The notes below the pieces were generated by a model, which worked only from the letters and a program-made list of their open reading frames with translations, had not been told where the DNA came from and did no database searches. Both the position numbers and the translations under genes were made by a program. 64,000 nt of DNA from an uncultured Acidimicrobiia bacterium. Its GTDB lineage: Bacteria > Actinomycetota > Acidimicrobiia > Acidimicrobiales > AC-14. Every line of letters starts with the position of its first letter. Positions within the stretch are counted from its first letter, which is position 1. Location: NCBI GenBank assembly GCA_963836205.1, contig CAWIIV010000007.1, forward strand, positions 64,001 through 128,000, written 5' to 3'. Below, piece by piece: positions 42,401-50,832 of this stretch.

Positions 42401-43930
42401 CTGGAGCTGCTCCGACCGCACGGGCGGTTCGTCGAGCTGGGCAAGCGCGACATCTACGCCAACAGCCGGATCGGGCTGCGGGCTTTCCGTAACAACATCA
42501 GCCTGCTCTGCGTCGACGTCTCGCAGTTGGCGGGCACCCGGCCGTCATTGGCCCGATCGGAGAGGCGCGAGATCGTTCGCCGCATCCGCGCCGGTGAGTA
42601 CCGGCCGCTGTTGTACCGGGCCTTCCCTGCCCGCCGGATCGACGAGGCGTTCCGGCTTCTTCAGCACTCCCGCCACATCGGCAAGGTGGTGGTCACCTTC
42701 GACGACCCCGTTCCCGTCGAACACAGCCCGGTGCCGGTCCGGCTCGACGCGGAGGCGACGTATCTGGTCTCGGGAGGCTTGAGCGGCATGGGTGCGGCGG
42801 TGGCGCGGGGTCTCGATCGTTGGGGCGCCCGCCATCTCGTCCTGGTCGGCCGGCGAGGCATGGCATCCCCGGAAGCACCGGAGCTGGTGGAGTGGCTCAC
42901 CCGCCACGGGGTCGAGGCCACCGTGTACGCCGCCGACGCCGCCGACCCGGTGGCCATGGCCATGGTGGTCGCGGCCACCGACGACGCTGGCCATCCACTC
43001 CGAGGGGTGATTCACGCAGCCATGCAGCTCGACGACGGCCTCATCGCCGACCTCGGCGACGAGCGCGTCCGGACCGCAGTGACGCCCAAGTTGGGGGGGG
43101 CCATGGTGCTGGACACCCTGACGCGTAGCCGCCCCCTCGACTTCTTCGTCGGCTTTTCGTCCATGACCGCGCTTGTCGGAAGCGTCAGGCAGGCCAACTA
43201 CTCAGCAGGGAACTTGTACGTCGAAGCGCTCACCCGGGCCCGGAACGACGCCGGCCTGCCGGGGCTGGCGGTCGCCTGGGCCGGGATCAGCGACGTCGGC
43301 TACGTCGCCCGCCACGGTCTTCGGGATTCCCTGTCCGGAATGGGGCTGTTGTTCCTCTCGCCCGACCAAGTGATGGCGGCCCTGGCCGATCTTTTGGGCC
43401 TCCCCGTAGGTGTCGTAGGGGTTGGCGGCATCGACTGGGGACGGTTGAGCGCGGTGCTGCCGTCGGCGACGACCCCCCGGTTGGCCGACCTGTTACCGCC
43501 GCTCATCGAGGGCACGGAGTATCGGCGCGACGAGTTCGTGAAAGTCCTGTCCGATGCCTCGCCCGAGGACGCCCGGTGTCTCGTGGAGGACTGCCTGGTG
43601 CAGGTCGTCGCCGGGATCCTTCAGTCGCCCCTGGACAGAATCGACCGCTCCAAGCGACTCAGCGACATGGGCATGGACTCACTGATGATGGTCGAGCTGG
43701 TTACGAGCACATCGGAACAGTTCCAATGCAACATCCCGCTCGCGGAGCTGGCCAACAGCGCCGGCACCATTCGGGCCATAGCCGAGATCATTCTTGGGAG
43801 GCTTGGTATTCAGGCCGGTGGATTGAACGGCGAGGCCAGCGTCGAGAAGACGCCGCGGGATCTCGACTCGGTTGCGGCGGGCCGACCTCGTACGACCTCG
43901 GAGCCGGCGACGGACGTCGTCGTCGCATGA
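36437..43930 (+). CDS. single-module highly reducing type I PKS (KS-AT-DH-cMT-ER-KR-ACP)
   Basis: KS DTACSS/EAHGTGT/KTNLGH; AT GHSVG, YAFH; DH HKLWGAVLWP, HPAILD; MT VLEVGAGTGG; ER IHGAAGGVG; KR SGGLSGMG, NYSAGN; ACP GMDSL; no TE. Confidence 0.95.
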   Translation: MSDPAAYRDDALAIVGLAFRLPGGVTTLDDLWSALSTRRNLITDIPADRFETSRFFDPVPTRAGKAFTFAGGYIGDITGFDADYFGISPREATLMDPQQRLLLEMTADAFDDAGIDPQSVAGTDTSVFVGMSDMGYLALQMCSPETIASHTMSGGALSIASNRLSYVFDLRGPSMTLDTACSSVMVALHQACQTVLTGRSALAVVGGVHLLLGPHPFIGFAKASMLSPLGRCATFSADADGYVRAEGGGVLLVKRLSAAVAAGDRVHAVIVSTEVNTDGRTSGMTVPSVEMQAALLRTVYQRAGVGADDLSYFEAHGTGTPLGDPIECEAVGRALGRRRTPGQPLPIGSVKTNLGHMEPASGISGILKAILVLQHRTIPPSLHGSPPNPLIDFAALGLAPVHEAQPVERGRALVGVNSFGFGGANCHALLAEAPAARSTARPEVELPLVVSARSEPALIQAVGRLAERLAGCAQDDYYDLCHTAARRARHPHRAVVLASTPRSAADRLAAVAGGDAADGAASGIAAKDGRVVFAFSGNGSQWPGMGADLIASEPVFQAAIEEVDRLLCRRLGWSVLEELVAPPERSRSSDTAFAQPALFAVQVGLVALFAARGIRPAAVTGHSVGEVAAAYASGALDLDAACQVIAGRSEAQALTAGQGRMAAVGLSPAEAEQALAPFSGRLEIAAINTDRDVTVSGEAAAVAELATRLDSAVFFRQLDLDYAFHCRHMDAIEQPLRASLRGLRPSEATVPFVSSVTGGPVGGAELDADYWWANVRQPVRFASAADHLRAHGYDVFLEIGPHPVLTTYLRRITASSGPTAVVPTLRRDTDGPAAIRTATAAVMAVGARVDERLSLSGPGRVVDLPPYPWQRERYWNGTPGQWVRSSGDGTIDHPLLGERMPVLEPTWLATVEPALVPWLASHKLWGAVLWPAVGHVEMAMAAGRRVLHAPVEVTDLAIPAPLVLPWNTGMDVRIQTSMSGDDGVVRIASTTGTGTDWRLHAQGRVRRLLCDAPPAVDLGVLEERTTRHWDADDFYALLDHVGLQYGPFLQVLRDVYAGPADVVAYYSTAIDQEGYEAHPAILDGALHAGVPLLEGRSFMPGAIDRVRLWRQPSSSGFVHVRQRSRTRREACWDVLVGNDDGTVVAELRGCRMRRADAEQAPSVHYATVLRAAPRKQEPAAPSPLPAPVQLVAYAQSQIEDLQAGWNQRGYERLDATAKVAAAHFARAAVDAMLAGQEEFTTDDLVAAGMLPKYVRMWQLVSRLCVEHGLLERQSSDRWRTTGRKAKRPRDFAEGFLLAEPRFAPDVLMSGRLGNHWADLLCGRRKPVDLLFGGGGSDTVEHFYDTSPIAGMLNHLTKSLVEAIVQSWPTDRPLRVLEVGAGTGGTTATLLPVLPPERTRYVFTDVSAAFLTAAEARFETYGFVDYRLLDIDQDLREQGFDETTFDLIVAANVLHVARDLRRALRRLGCLLSPGGQMLACEVHDPELLVAPLGFLDQFWSFTDSDLRPESALLSRERWSGVFRECGFDEVVQCGASQEPARSDFSVTLARRDRRPTAPSTSPRAEPGGSWVLAVEDPGDVGVASELADLLFAGGAEAVAVIAEADGALTAERVQAGGSIVFVLGGDSSGDAAGAVSRAVRRFGVLRAFATACEAFPPGHGTRLWLVTRPSGALPEPERPLVPEDAALWGAARVLANERTDAVIRRISWQRSQDATEDARRLALELLDPSEEDEVVLTRAGRFVPRPLERHRPLRLVERRQQAYELELRNQGLSYELAWVEAAPLRPLPDEVVVEVRATALNYRDVMIAMGTMPPDAEGAVAGGEQLIGLEYAGVVAAVGGDVETLRPGDRVCGVAYRSFASHVVTKAEFVLEIPDDMDFAGAATLPVAFLTVHHSLDHLARLAPGETILIHGAAGGVGLAAIQYANLVEASVIATAGTEAKRDLLSLLGVDDVLDSRSMAFADQVMALTDGVGVDVVLNSLSGEAISRGLELLRPHGRFVELGKRDIYANSRIGLRAFRNNISLLCVDVSQLAGTRPSLARSERREIVRRIRAGEYRPLLYRAFPARRIDEAFRLLQHSRHIGKVVVTFDDPVPVEHSPVPVRLDAEATYLVSGGLSGMGAAVARGLDRWGARHLVLVGRRGMASPEAPELVEWLTRHGVEATVYAADAADPVAMAMVVAATDDAGHPLRGVIHAAMQLDDGLIADLGDERVRTAVTPKLGGAMVLDTLTRSRPLDFFVGFSSMTALVGSVRQANYSAGNLYVEALTRARNDAGLPGLAVAWAGISDVGYVARHGLRDSLSGMGLLFLSPDQVMAALADLLGLPVGVVGVGGIDWGRLSAVLPSATTPRLADLLPPLIEGTEYRRDEFVKVLSDASPEDARCLVEDCLVQVVAGILQSPLDRIDRSKRLSDMGMDSLMMVELVTSTSEQFQCNIPLAELANSAGTIRAIAEIILGRLGIQAGGLNGEASVEKTPRDLDSVAAGRPRTTSEPATDVVVA

Positions 43931-44982
43931 CGATCGCCATCACCGGCGCCACCGGCTTTCTGGGGTTACGGGTGCTGCCGCGGCTGATGGAACGTGGCTG
44001 CCCGATCATTGTTCTGGCGAACGCCGGCAGCGCGCCCGCGCAAGACCGGATCGAGCGTCACTTCCGGCGCAGCGGCGGGCCGATCGGTCGGGCCCGCGAC
44101 CTCACCGTCGTGCCTATCGACCTCACCAGGCCGCTGCTAGGCCTGTCGCAGCCGGAGTTCGCGGCGTTGGCGGCTCGCCTCACCGAGATCTGGCATTGTG
44201 CCGGATCGATCGATTTGGTCGGACTCGAGCTGGTCCGACGGGTCAACGTGCACGGCACCTACGCCATGCTCGAGCTGGCCGGCGCGGGATCGGCGACGAT
44301 CTTCCACGTCAGCACTGCCTTCGTCGCCGGCGGACGCATCACTGGGACCATCGGCGAGGGCGACCTTGACGGCTCGTACGGCTTTGAGAGCCCTTATCAG
44401 CAATCCAAGTTCGACGGCGAGCAGGCGATCCGCGATTGGTCCCGGCGCAACGACCGACCCGCCGTGATCTTTCGGCCGAGCATTCTCGTCACCGACCGGC
44501 GGCCGCCGCCGGGAGAGTCAAGTCATCCGCTCTTCTCCGCCCTCCGCCTTACGGACCGCATCCAGGCGATGATGGCGCGTGAGGTGGCACCCGGTGAGCG
44601 TGTCCCGATCCGGGCGGCAGCAGACCCCGACGCCCACCTCAATCTCATCCCGGTCGAGCTGGCGGCCCGGCTGATGATCGAGCTCGCCGAGCGGGTCCAG
44701 CCGATAGGTGTGTACACGGCCCACATCACCTATCCGCACGAGGTCACCGTCGCCACTCTTCTGTCCGTGTTCGAACAGCGTTACCCCGTCGACCTGATCC
44801 TGAGCCTTGAGTGGCCCGAGGATCTCACGATCCTGGAATCGTTGTTGCGGACCCAGATGCGCGCCTTCACACCCTTCGCCTTCCACCATCGCTATTACGA
44901 CTGTGCCGCGCTCCGAGACGCAGGCCTTGAGCCGTCGGACGCTCCTCCGCTCGACCTGCCCTACCTGCTCGCGGGCACCTGA
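43927..44982 (+). CDS. stand-alone thioester reductase-like SDR (NAD_binding_4)
   Basis: ITGATGFLG, WHCAG, HVSTAFV, YQQSK, FRPSI; ATGA overlap with the PKS. Confidence 0.88.
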   Translation: MTIAITGATGFLGLRVLPRLMERGCPIIVLANAGSAPAQDRIERHFRRSGGPIGRARDLTVVPIDLTRPLLGLSQPEFAALAARLTEIWHCAGSIDLVGLELVRRVNVHGTYAMLELAGAGSATIFHVSTAFVAGGRITGTIGEGDLDGSYGFESPYQQSKFDGEQAIRDWSRRNDRPAVIFRPSILVTDRRPPPGESSHPLFSALRLTDRIQAMMAREVAPGERVPIRAAADPDAHLNLIPVELAARLMIELAERVQPIGVYTAHITYPHEVTVATLLSVFEQRYPVDLILSLEWPEDLTILESLLRTQMRAFTPFAFHHRYYDCAALRDAGLEPSDAPPLDLPYLLAGT

Positions 44983-45445
44983 CCGGACGACGACGGGAGC
45001 CGACATCGCGGCGAACTCAGGAACGCCTCAGAGGCCGCACCGAATCCTCAGCCGGGGCTCACCAGCGACGTCGAAGCCGACTGCTCCGGGCAGACCAACG
45101 TGGACACTGGCCGCGGGGAGGCACCTGCAACGCGGTCGCTCACTGGGTCCCTTGTCCCGGCCGGACCGAGGTAGACGCGCGACGCGTTTGTTGGTTCGTA
45201 TGGGATCAGCCCAAAACGAGATTTTTCGAGCAGTACCAGGCGACCTCGAAGGCGGCTGGGTTTGAGCGGCGGGACTCTGGAGGGCATTCGCCTAGCCACC
45301 GTCGAGCATATCGCCGGGGCGGCGTGCAGGTTCACGTCGCCCGGCTCGCCTGACGGGTCGCTCCGCCAGTCCGGGAGCAGCCGAACGAGGGCCATCAGCC
45401 ACCAGCAGCACAGGGAGGCCAGTACCCTCTGACGAGATTTGTGGA

Positions 45446-45492
45446 GAGCGGACGACGGGAATCGAACCCGCGTTCTCAGTTTGGGAAGCTGA
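45446..45492 (-). repeat. att site (duplicated tRNA-Gly 3' part)
   Basis: GAGCGGACGACGGGAATCGAACCCGCGTTCTCAGTTTGGGAAGCTGA matches 59757-59803 with 2 mismatches. Confidence 0.92.
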
Positions 45493-45581
45493 GCGGAGGG
45501 AGTCTCGCGGCCTGCTCGAATCCGCGAAAGTCCTGGTCAGAGGCTATGTGGGGTGTCCGCCAATGACCACTGGAACTTGCC

Positions 45582-45614
45582 CGTGACCGTGAGTTAGGTC
45601 ACGTTTAGGTCACG
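45582..45614. repeat. putative integrase arm-type sites
   Basis: AGGTCACG at 45596 and 45607 (11-bp period) plus inverted CGTGACC at 45582; the same motifs occur at 59640-59685. Confidence 0.65.
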
Positions 45615-45652
45615 CCGGGCCCGACGGCGGCGCCGGCTGGCATCATGAAAGG

Positions 45653-45844
45653 GTGCCTCGCTACTTCCACCTCGAGCGGTACCCGGGCAAGTTCGTGGCC
45701 ATCGACATGGCGACCGATGAGGTGGTCCTGACGGCTGACACGCCCGAGGAGCTCCACGAGCAGATCCAGCAGCGCGGCCTGCGCAATGTCGCCGTGATGC
45801 GTGCTCCGAGAGAGGACGAACCCCTCTTCGTCGGCCTGAACTGA
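45653..45844 (+). CDS. DUF5678-like small protein
   Basis: LERYPGKFVAID...VVLTADTPEEL pattern. Confidence 0.6.
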   Translation: MPRYFHLERYPGKFVAIDMATDEVVLTADTPEELHEQIQQRGLRNVAVMRAPREDEPLFVGLN

Positions 45845-46180
45845 TCCCGCGGATGGCCGACGGGCTCCTGGTTGCACCAGAACCTGGCCGAGCACTCCAA
45901 GGCGGTATGACCTCAGCGCCCTTCTTGGCGATGAGCAACCGCATCCCTGGGCATGGGAGCTGCTGACAAACCATTCGACCGCATGCGCAGCCGAGGTCAG
46001 CCGCCTTGTGCACGTCGTCTCCTGGGTACGCGCCCTCGGTCGGCCGACGGGACGGTGGACGTCCGCTGACGGGACACGCCGGCCGGGGGGTTGACTAAAG
46101 TGGGGTGGAAGCGGCTGATTACTTGACGAGATGGGATCAACACGACACATTGGTGGCGCGGTATCTACCTGCCCACGGCC

Positions 46181-46837
46181 TTGGGAGCGCCCTTGACTGG
46201 CGATGAACTGAACACAGAGCTCGGGTCCAGTTTCCCAGACCCGTTCCTACGGGGCTGCCTTCACGCTGTCTTCACGGCACGTCGCCTTGCCTGGGAGGAT
46301 TGCCACCAGCGCTACGCACCAACCGAGGCCGAGAACGCACGACCATGGTTGGCTCGGGCAAACTTGGAAGGCCTACTCCGGGATGTGGCTAACCGGTTCG
46401 ATATCAAGGCAACAGTCATGAAGGCGTCGAACTGGAACCACACGGAGATTCGTGGCGGACGTCTCGTAATGACCCAGAACTCAGTTGCCACGCCTTGCGC
46501 CGTTATAGACACATCTGAGTTTCGGAAGAGCTTGGCTCGAAGCAATCAGGGCCTGCTATGGCCCGAGTATGCGCAGGTTTCGGAGGACGCATCCATCTTT
46601 ATCCTCCTACTTCATAGCCAAAGCCGGTTTCTGGCGCGGGACGAGCAGGAACGATATGGGCACCTAGCCGGCTCCGCTTATCTAGCGGTTCCCGCAGCTG
46701 ACCTGAAAGGTTACCTCCATACGGTTAACCTCTTTGAGAGGTTCCCAGAGGTTGTCCATAGTTACCTACCGAAAGATTGGGATGAGGAGGCCCGAATACG
46801 GTACATCAGCCGGGCAAGACGAACGGATGTTGCGTGA
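46181..46837 (+). CDS. hypothetical protein, putative toxin coupled to HTH-peptidase
   Basis: 218-aa low-GC ORF with GTGA overlap to the next gene; start uncertain. Confidence 0.65.
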   Translation: MGAPLTGDELNTELGSSFPDPFLRGCLHAVFTARRLAWEDCHQRYAPTEAENARPWLARANLEGLLRDVANRFDIKATVMKASNWNHTEIRGGRLVMTQNSVATPCAVIDTSEFRKSLARSNQGLLWPEYAQVSEDASIFILLLHSQSRFLARDEQERYGHLAGSAYLAVPAADLKGYLHTVNLFERFPEVVHSYLPKDWDEEARIRYISRARRTDVA

Positions 46838-48042
46838 AAACGGGTACTCCAGGGTTCGTGGGCAGTCGACTCCGAGAGGCGCGCGATATTCGCGGCCTAA
46901 CGGCGATTTCTCTTGCTGAATTGACCGGTGTTAGCCGACAGGCTATTTCTCAGTACGAGAACGGAAGGGCATCTCCGAGCCAAGACGTCGTTAGTGCATT
47001 GGCAATAATACTTCGGGTTCCACCACAATTCTTTCTTCGTGCGGAACGAAAGCCAGAGCCTGGAACAATATTCTTCAGGTCGATGAGCTCGACGACTAAA
47101 GGTGCAAGGGCTCGTGCTGAAGGTCGCTTACACTGGCTTCACGATATTGCCAAGTTTCTATCGCAGTACGTCGAGCTGCCTACTTCGAACGTGCCGTCCC
47201 TCGGTCTTGCCGCCGAGCCGCTCCTGCTATCCGACGATGATATCGAGGCTGCCGCCGAGGAAGTCCGCCGCTACTGGGGACTTCGCGACGGCCCGATCGG
47301 AAATATGGTCCGGCTCTTAGAGAACAATGGAGCCGTGATTGGTCGGGATGAACTTGGGGCTGAAACGCTAGATGGCTTGTCGAAGTTTACTGAGGGTCGA
47401 CCCTACGTCATCGTTGGAACTGACAAAGGGACCCCTGTTCGTTGGCGATTCGATGCTGCGCATGAGCTAGGACACCTGGTATTGCACGCTGAGGTCAAGC
47501 GTGAACGCCTGCTGAAGCCAGGCGAGTTCAAGAGAATTGAGGAGCAGGCTCACCGCTTCGCGGCGGCCTTCTTGTTGCCCATGGCCCCGTTCGCTAACGA
47601 TTTCTTCGCTCCGAACCTCGATGTTCTGCGAGCTTTGAAACCCAAGTGGAATGTCTCCATTTCAATGATGATCATCAGAGCACGCCATGCAGGTCTGCTC
47701 TCTGAACAGACCGAGCGGAGCCTGTGGGTCAATGTGGCAAGGCGTGGCTGGCGGAGAAATGAGCCTTATGACGATTCGATGCAACCTGAGGAACCACGCC
47801 TACTCCGGCGGGCATTCGAGGTACTCCTAAACGAAGCGGGCCTTACGCCGGATGAGATTGTGGCTGGGTTGGCGTTGCCTGCATCTGATATCGAGTCGCT
47901 GATCGGCCTTCACCGCGGCTATTTTGACGAGGCCTGCGTTCCGATCGTACTAAAGACTCCTCACCATGGTTCGGCGAACCAGAATGACAACGAAGGTCAG
48001 GCGGAGGTTATCCGGCTGCCATTTAGGCCGCGGACATCGTGA
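46834..48042 (+). CDS. XRE HTH + ImmA/IrrE (Peptidase_M78) Zn-metallopeptidase
   Basis: RLREARDIRGLT..LAELTGVSRQAISQYENG; RFDAAHELGHLVLH; EEQAHRFAAAFLLP. Confidence 0.9.
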   Translation: MKTGTPGFVGSRLREARDIRGLTAISLAELTGVSRQAISQYENGRASPSQDVVSALAIILRVPPQFFLRAERKPEPGTIFFRSMSSTTKGARARAEGRLHWLHDIAKFLSQYVELPTSNVPSLGLAAEPLLLSDDDIEAAAEEVRRYWGLRDGPIGNMVRLLENNGAVIGRDELGAETLDGLSKFTEGRPYVIVGTDKGTPVRWRFDAAHELGHLVLHAEVKRERLLKPGEFKRIEEQAHRFAAAFLLPMAPFANDFFAPNLDVLRALKPKWNVSISMMIIRARHAGLLSEQTERSLWVNVARRGWRRNEPYDDSMQPEEPRLLRRAFEVLLNEAGLTPDEIVAGLALPASDIESLIGLHRGYFDEACVPIVLKTPHHGSANQNDNEGQAEVIRLPFRPRTS

Positions 48043-48154
48043 TGCAAGATTGGCTCGGTTCCGATCCAAGGCGGCAAGCTGCCATTCCGTGACAGCGCAG
48101 CCTCATTGCGGAGCAAGCTAATCATTGAGGAGAATCCCGGCGTGAAGAGGTAGC

Positions 48155-49423
48155 GTGGAGAAGTTTGAGCAAGGGTTGCGGTGCCAGGATATTCACGCGG
48201 GGTTGCGTGGTGTTGATCCGAACTCGCCGGCGCTAGCGCGACTCGACGATACGCGGATGGTTGGCATGGCGGCGAGCCTTGCCGCGGCTGTACGCGGGCA
48301 GGACATAATCCGTGATGCTCAAACTCTGAAGATGGTCGCAGCGGATCAGCTCGACGTCGACTCGCTCGCATTCCCGGCGGTGGTTGAGATTCTCGACGCG
48401 GCAGGATTTGTTCATACGATCGTGCGGCGGGGCGGGAAGATTGTTTCGTTTGTAGAGGACGTTCCATTCCACCAGAATCTGTATGAGACACTCGGGCAGG
48501 TCTGGTCAGATCGGAATCCAACCGAAATCGAACAGGAGATGCTCGCGACTGTTCACCGCCTGGCTGCTGGACCCGTCCCGGCAGAGAACCTCGCTGATGA
48601 GCTAGGCCTTAACCCCAGGGACGTCCCCGGCATTTTGACTCTTGCCCGTGAGGCAGATCTCGTAAAGGGAATCGCCACAGTTGACGGCGAGATACTCTAC
48701 TCACCGTTTATGGGATTCGAGCATCCCACGGCGATAGCCGAGATTCTCACCAGTCATGGCCCGGATCAATTTCAAGAGGAACTCGCTCTTCTTCGGTCGT
48801 ACCAAGGAATGCCAGTCGATGCAACCCGGTGTCCGGCGCTAACGGATGCTGTTGGGCTTGGCCTTATTATGGCGCCGTCTGTTGAAAGGCCAGATCACGT
48901 CTCCCAACCCTTTGGCGCCCTACCGTATTCTCCAGACCCGAGTCTCTTTGGCGTGCGCAAGCCGATACTTGATAAGGCGCTTGCGGTGCTTGCGTGCGTA
49001 AGGTGCGGACAGCATTTCGGCGGCTCGACGGGCATCACAAGTCCACTTGCGATTCTCGACGCCTTACTGGATCCCGCTCGCGGAAATAGGCTTCGCGCCC
49101 ATTCATCTCATAGGCGTCAGTACCAGCTACTGTTCCGTCGCCAAATTGTTGATTTCATGCCCTCTGGAGGATGGGTGATCCCGCGGCTTATTGACACGGA
49201 AGATAATCTCGCTGCTGTGAGACTCGCGAGAGACTTGATTGCCTACGGTGAGCCGCTCCAAGATCGAACTGGCTCGAATGAAGAGGCGCGGCGACTGTTG
49301 ATGACCGAGGCAGAGTATCTTACGCCGCTCCAAACCGTGCATCAGCGTCGACGGGAGCTTCGCCTGACGTCGGCTCAGTACGCGAATGCCATGGAGGCGC
49401 TTATGGGTCGGAGCGCGCTGTGA
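48155..49423 (+). CDS. hypothetical protein, probable tandem winged-helix repeats
   Basis: 422-aa low-GC ORF, GAGG RBS; several helix-helix-(G/D)-hydrophobic-strand units; no family recognised. Confidence 0.7.
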   Translation: MEKFEQGLRCQDIHAGLRGVDPNSPALARLDDTRMVGMAASLAAAVRGQDIIRDAQTLKMVAADQLDVDSLAFPAVVEILDAAGFVHTIVRRGGKIVSFVEDVPFHQNLYETLGQVWSDRNPTEIEQEMLATVHRLAAGPVPAENLADELGLNPRDVPGILTLAREADLVKGIATVDGEILYSPFMGFEHPTAIAEILTSHGPDQFQEELALLRSYQGMPVDATRCPALTDAVGLGLIMAPSVERPDHVSQPFGALPYSPDPSLFGVRKPILDKALAVLACVRCGQHFGGSTGITSPLAILDALLDPARGNRLRAHSSHRRQYQLLFRRQIVDFMPSGGWVIPRLIDTEDNLAAVRLARDLIAYGEPLQDRTGSNEEARRLLMTEAEYLTPLQTVHQRRRELRLTSAQYANAMEALMGRSAL

Positions 49424-50709
49424 CGGAAAAAGATCTCTATCTCAAGGCCGCCATTCGCCGCGTGTTCTGGCAAATGGGCTTTAGCACCAAGCTGAACGTT
49501 CCACTGAGGGCCTTTGTCCCTACTCAGCGTCCGACGAGTCGGCAGCGCCCGAAGGCGATGTATGAGGCGTTCACCGACCTTGACGTTCTCGGCATTCACA
49601 TTTCGCCGGACTTGCGCGTTCAGACGGCGATTGCCGACTGCAAGACAAGTACGAAGGGCTCAACGGAACGCATGTTTTGGATTCGCGGCGTCGCCGACTT
49701 CTTCACAGCTGATGATGCCTACATGGTTAGGTCCGGCGATGTCACGGCGGCGTCTCGTCAACTCGCTGCTCGTCTCGGGGTTGCTGTCCTGATGCCGAAC
49801 GATCTCGCGGCCCTGGAGACTCACTATGGAAGCCGACTCCCTGCCGAACCAGGGGCGCTTGATTTCCTCTTCGATGCATCGAGCATTAGTTCAAGCCGTC
49901 AGGCATTTACTGAGCTTGATCGCCGACTTCAGTCGTTGCGTGAATACCAGGAGTTCGATTTTTGGGTCTATGAAGAGTACCGCAACCTCCAGCAGGTGGT
50001 TGCTCATCTCAAGGCAGTGAGCCAGCATCTCGATCCATCCCACCCGTCTCATCAGGCGCTCTTCTTTGAATCTGCATGGCTATACGCGCTTTCTCTCGCG
50101 CGTGCGGTTCATCATGTTCGTCGTACTCACCTTAGTGATATCGACACCAGTCTGCGTGAGTACCTCTTCGGGGGTCAGCTTGGACTCCGAGAGAAGCAAC
50201 ACTTGGCGAAGGTGTTGCGTGCTGCTGCTGGGAAATCGGGCGGTGAGTCCGATGAGGGGGTCTTCCCGCCGTACTTTCCTGCCCTCCTTGAACTCTCGAC
50301 TCGGTTCCTAAGACGGCCGACACTTGCCCTCACGGTGTTGCGCTACGGAGAGTGGGCAGCCGAGGCGCACGTCGCAGGGCAAGTACGACCTGCTGCGGAG
50401 GTTTTCGGAGAGTGCTTCGACGACGTTGCAGCCAAGCTCCTCTCCGATGTGTGTGGTTTCCTCGTGAGCACGACGGGTCTCGATGGCGCCTTTAGGGCCC
50501 GTGCCCGTCAGCTGCTTGCACCAGGCGTGCCACTCCAGCATGGGGCCCCGGAGTCCCGCCGCCCGCTTGGTAGTGGGAGCGACCTGGGGCTCCGGCGGCG
50601 TGGCACGCCCTTCTTGAATCAGGCGCCATTGCCGATTGACTCGATCGGCGGGGATCCCGACGATCCTCCCGTGGGACCACCGCCCTCCGCAGACGACGCA
50701 TCCACTTGA
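49420..50709 (+). CDS. hypothetical protein with N-terminal PD-(D/E)xK-like nuclease motif
   Basis: TDLDVLG...AIADCKT...ERMFWIRG, then a helical C-terminus; GTGA overlap with the upstream gene. Confidence 0.65.
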   Translation: MTEKDLYLKAAIRRVFWQMGFSTKLNVPLRAFVPTQRPTSRQRPKAMYEAFTDLDVLGIHISPDLRVQTAIADCKTSTKGSTERMFWIRGVADFFTADDAYMVRSGDVTAASRQLAARLGVAVLMPNDLAALETHYGSRLPAEPGALDFLFDASSISSSRQAFTELDRRLQSLREYQEFDFWVYEEYRNLQQVVAHLKAVSQHLDPSHPSHQALFFESAWLYALSLARAVHHVRRTHLSDIDTSLREYLFGGQLGLREKQHLAKVLRAAAGKSGGESDEGVFPPYFPALLELSTRFLRRPTLALTVLRYGEWAAEAHVAGQVRPAAEVFGECFDDVAAKLLSDVCGFLVSTTGLDGAFRARARQLLAPGVPLQHGAPESRRPLGSGSDLGLRRRGTPFLNQAPLPIDSIGGDPDDPPVGPPPSADDAST

Positions 50710-50832
50710 CGCCATTGCGCTCGCAGCGTGGGACAGTCACCTCACTAAGCTGAGTATTGGCTCGGCCGGGGGACAGTTGGCGTGCTGTCGATCTCGCGGA
50801 TTTTGGGTGGGCGCGCGGCTAGCGAGGCAGAG

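Noticed and set aside
43576-43926. N-terminal extension of the SDR, or a frameshifted PKS-R fusion
   Set aside because: The PKS ends after the ACP and linker, and the SDR starts at a normal ATGA overlap; separate genes are the simpler reading
44990-45440. ORF fragments between the SDR and att
   Set aside because: No recognisable homology or clear start signals
45446-45492. Second tRNA gene
   Set aside because: Only the anticodon arm to acceptor 3' strand is present; it is the att duplication
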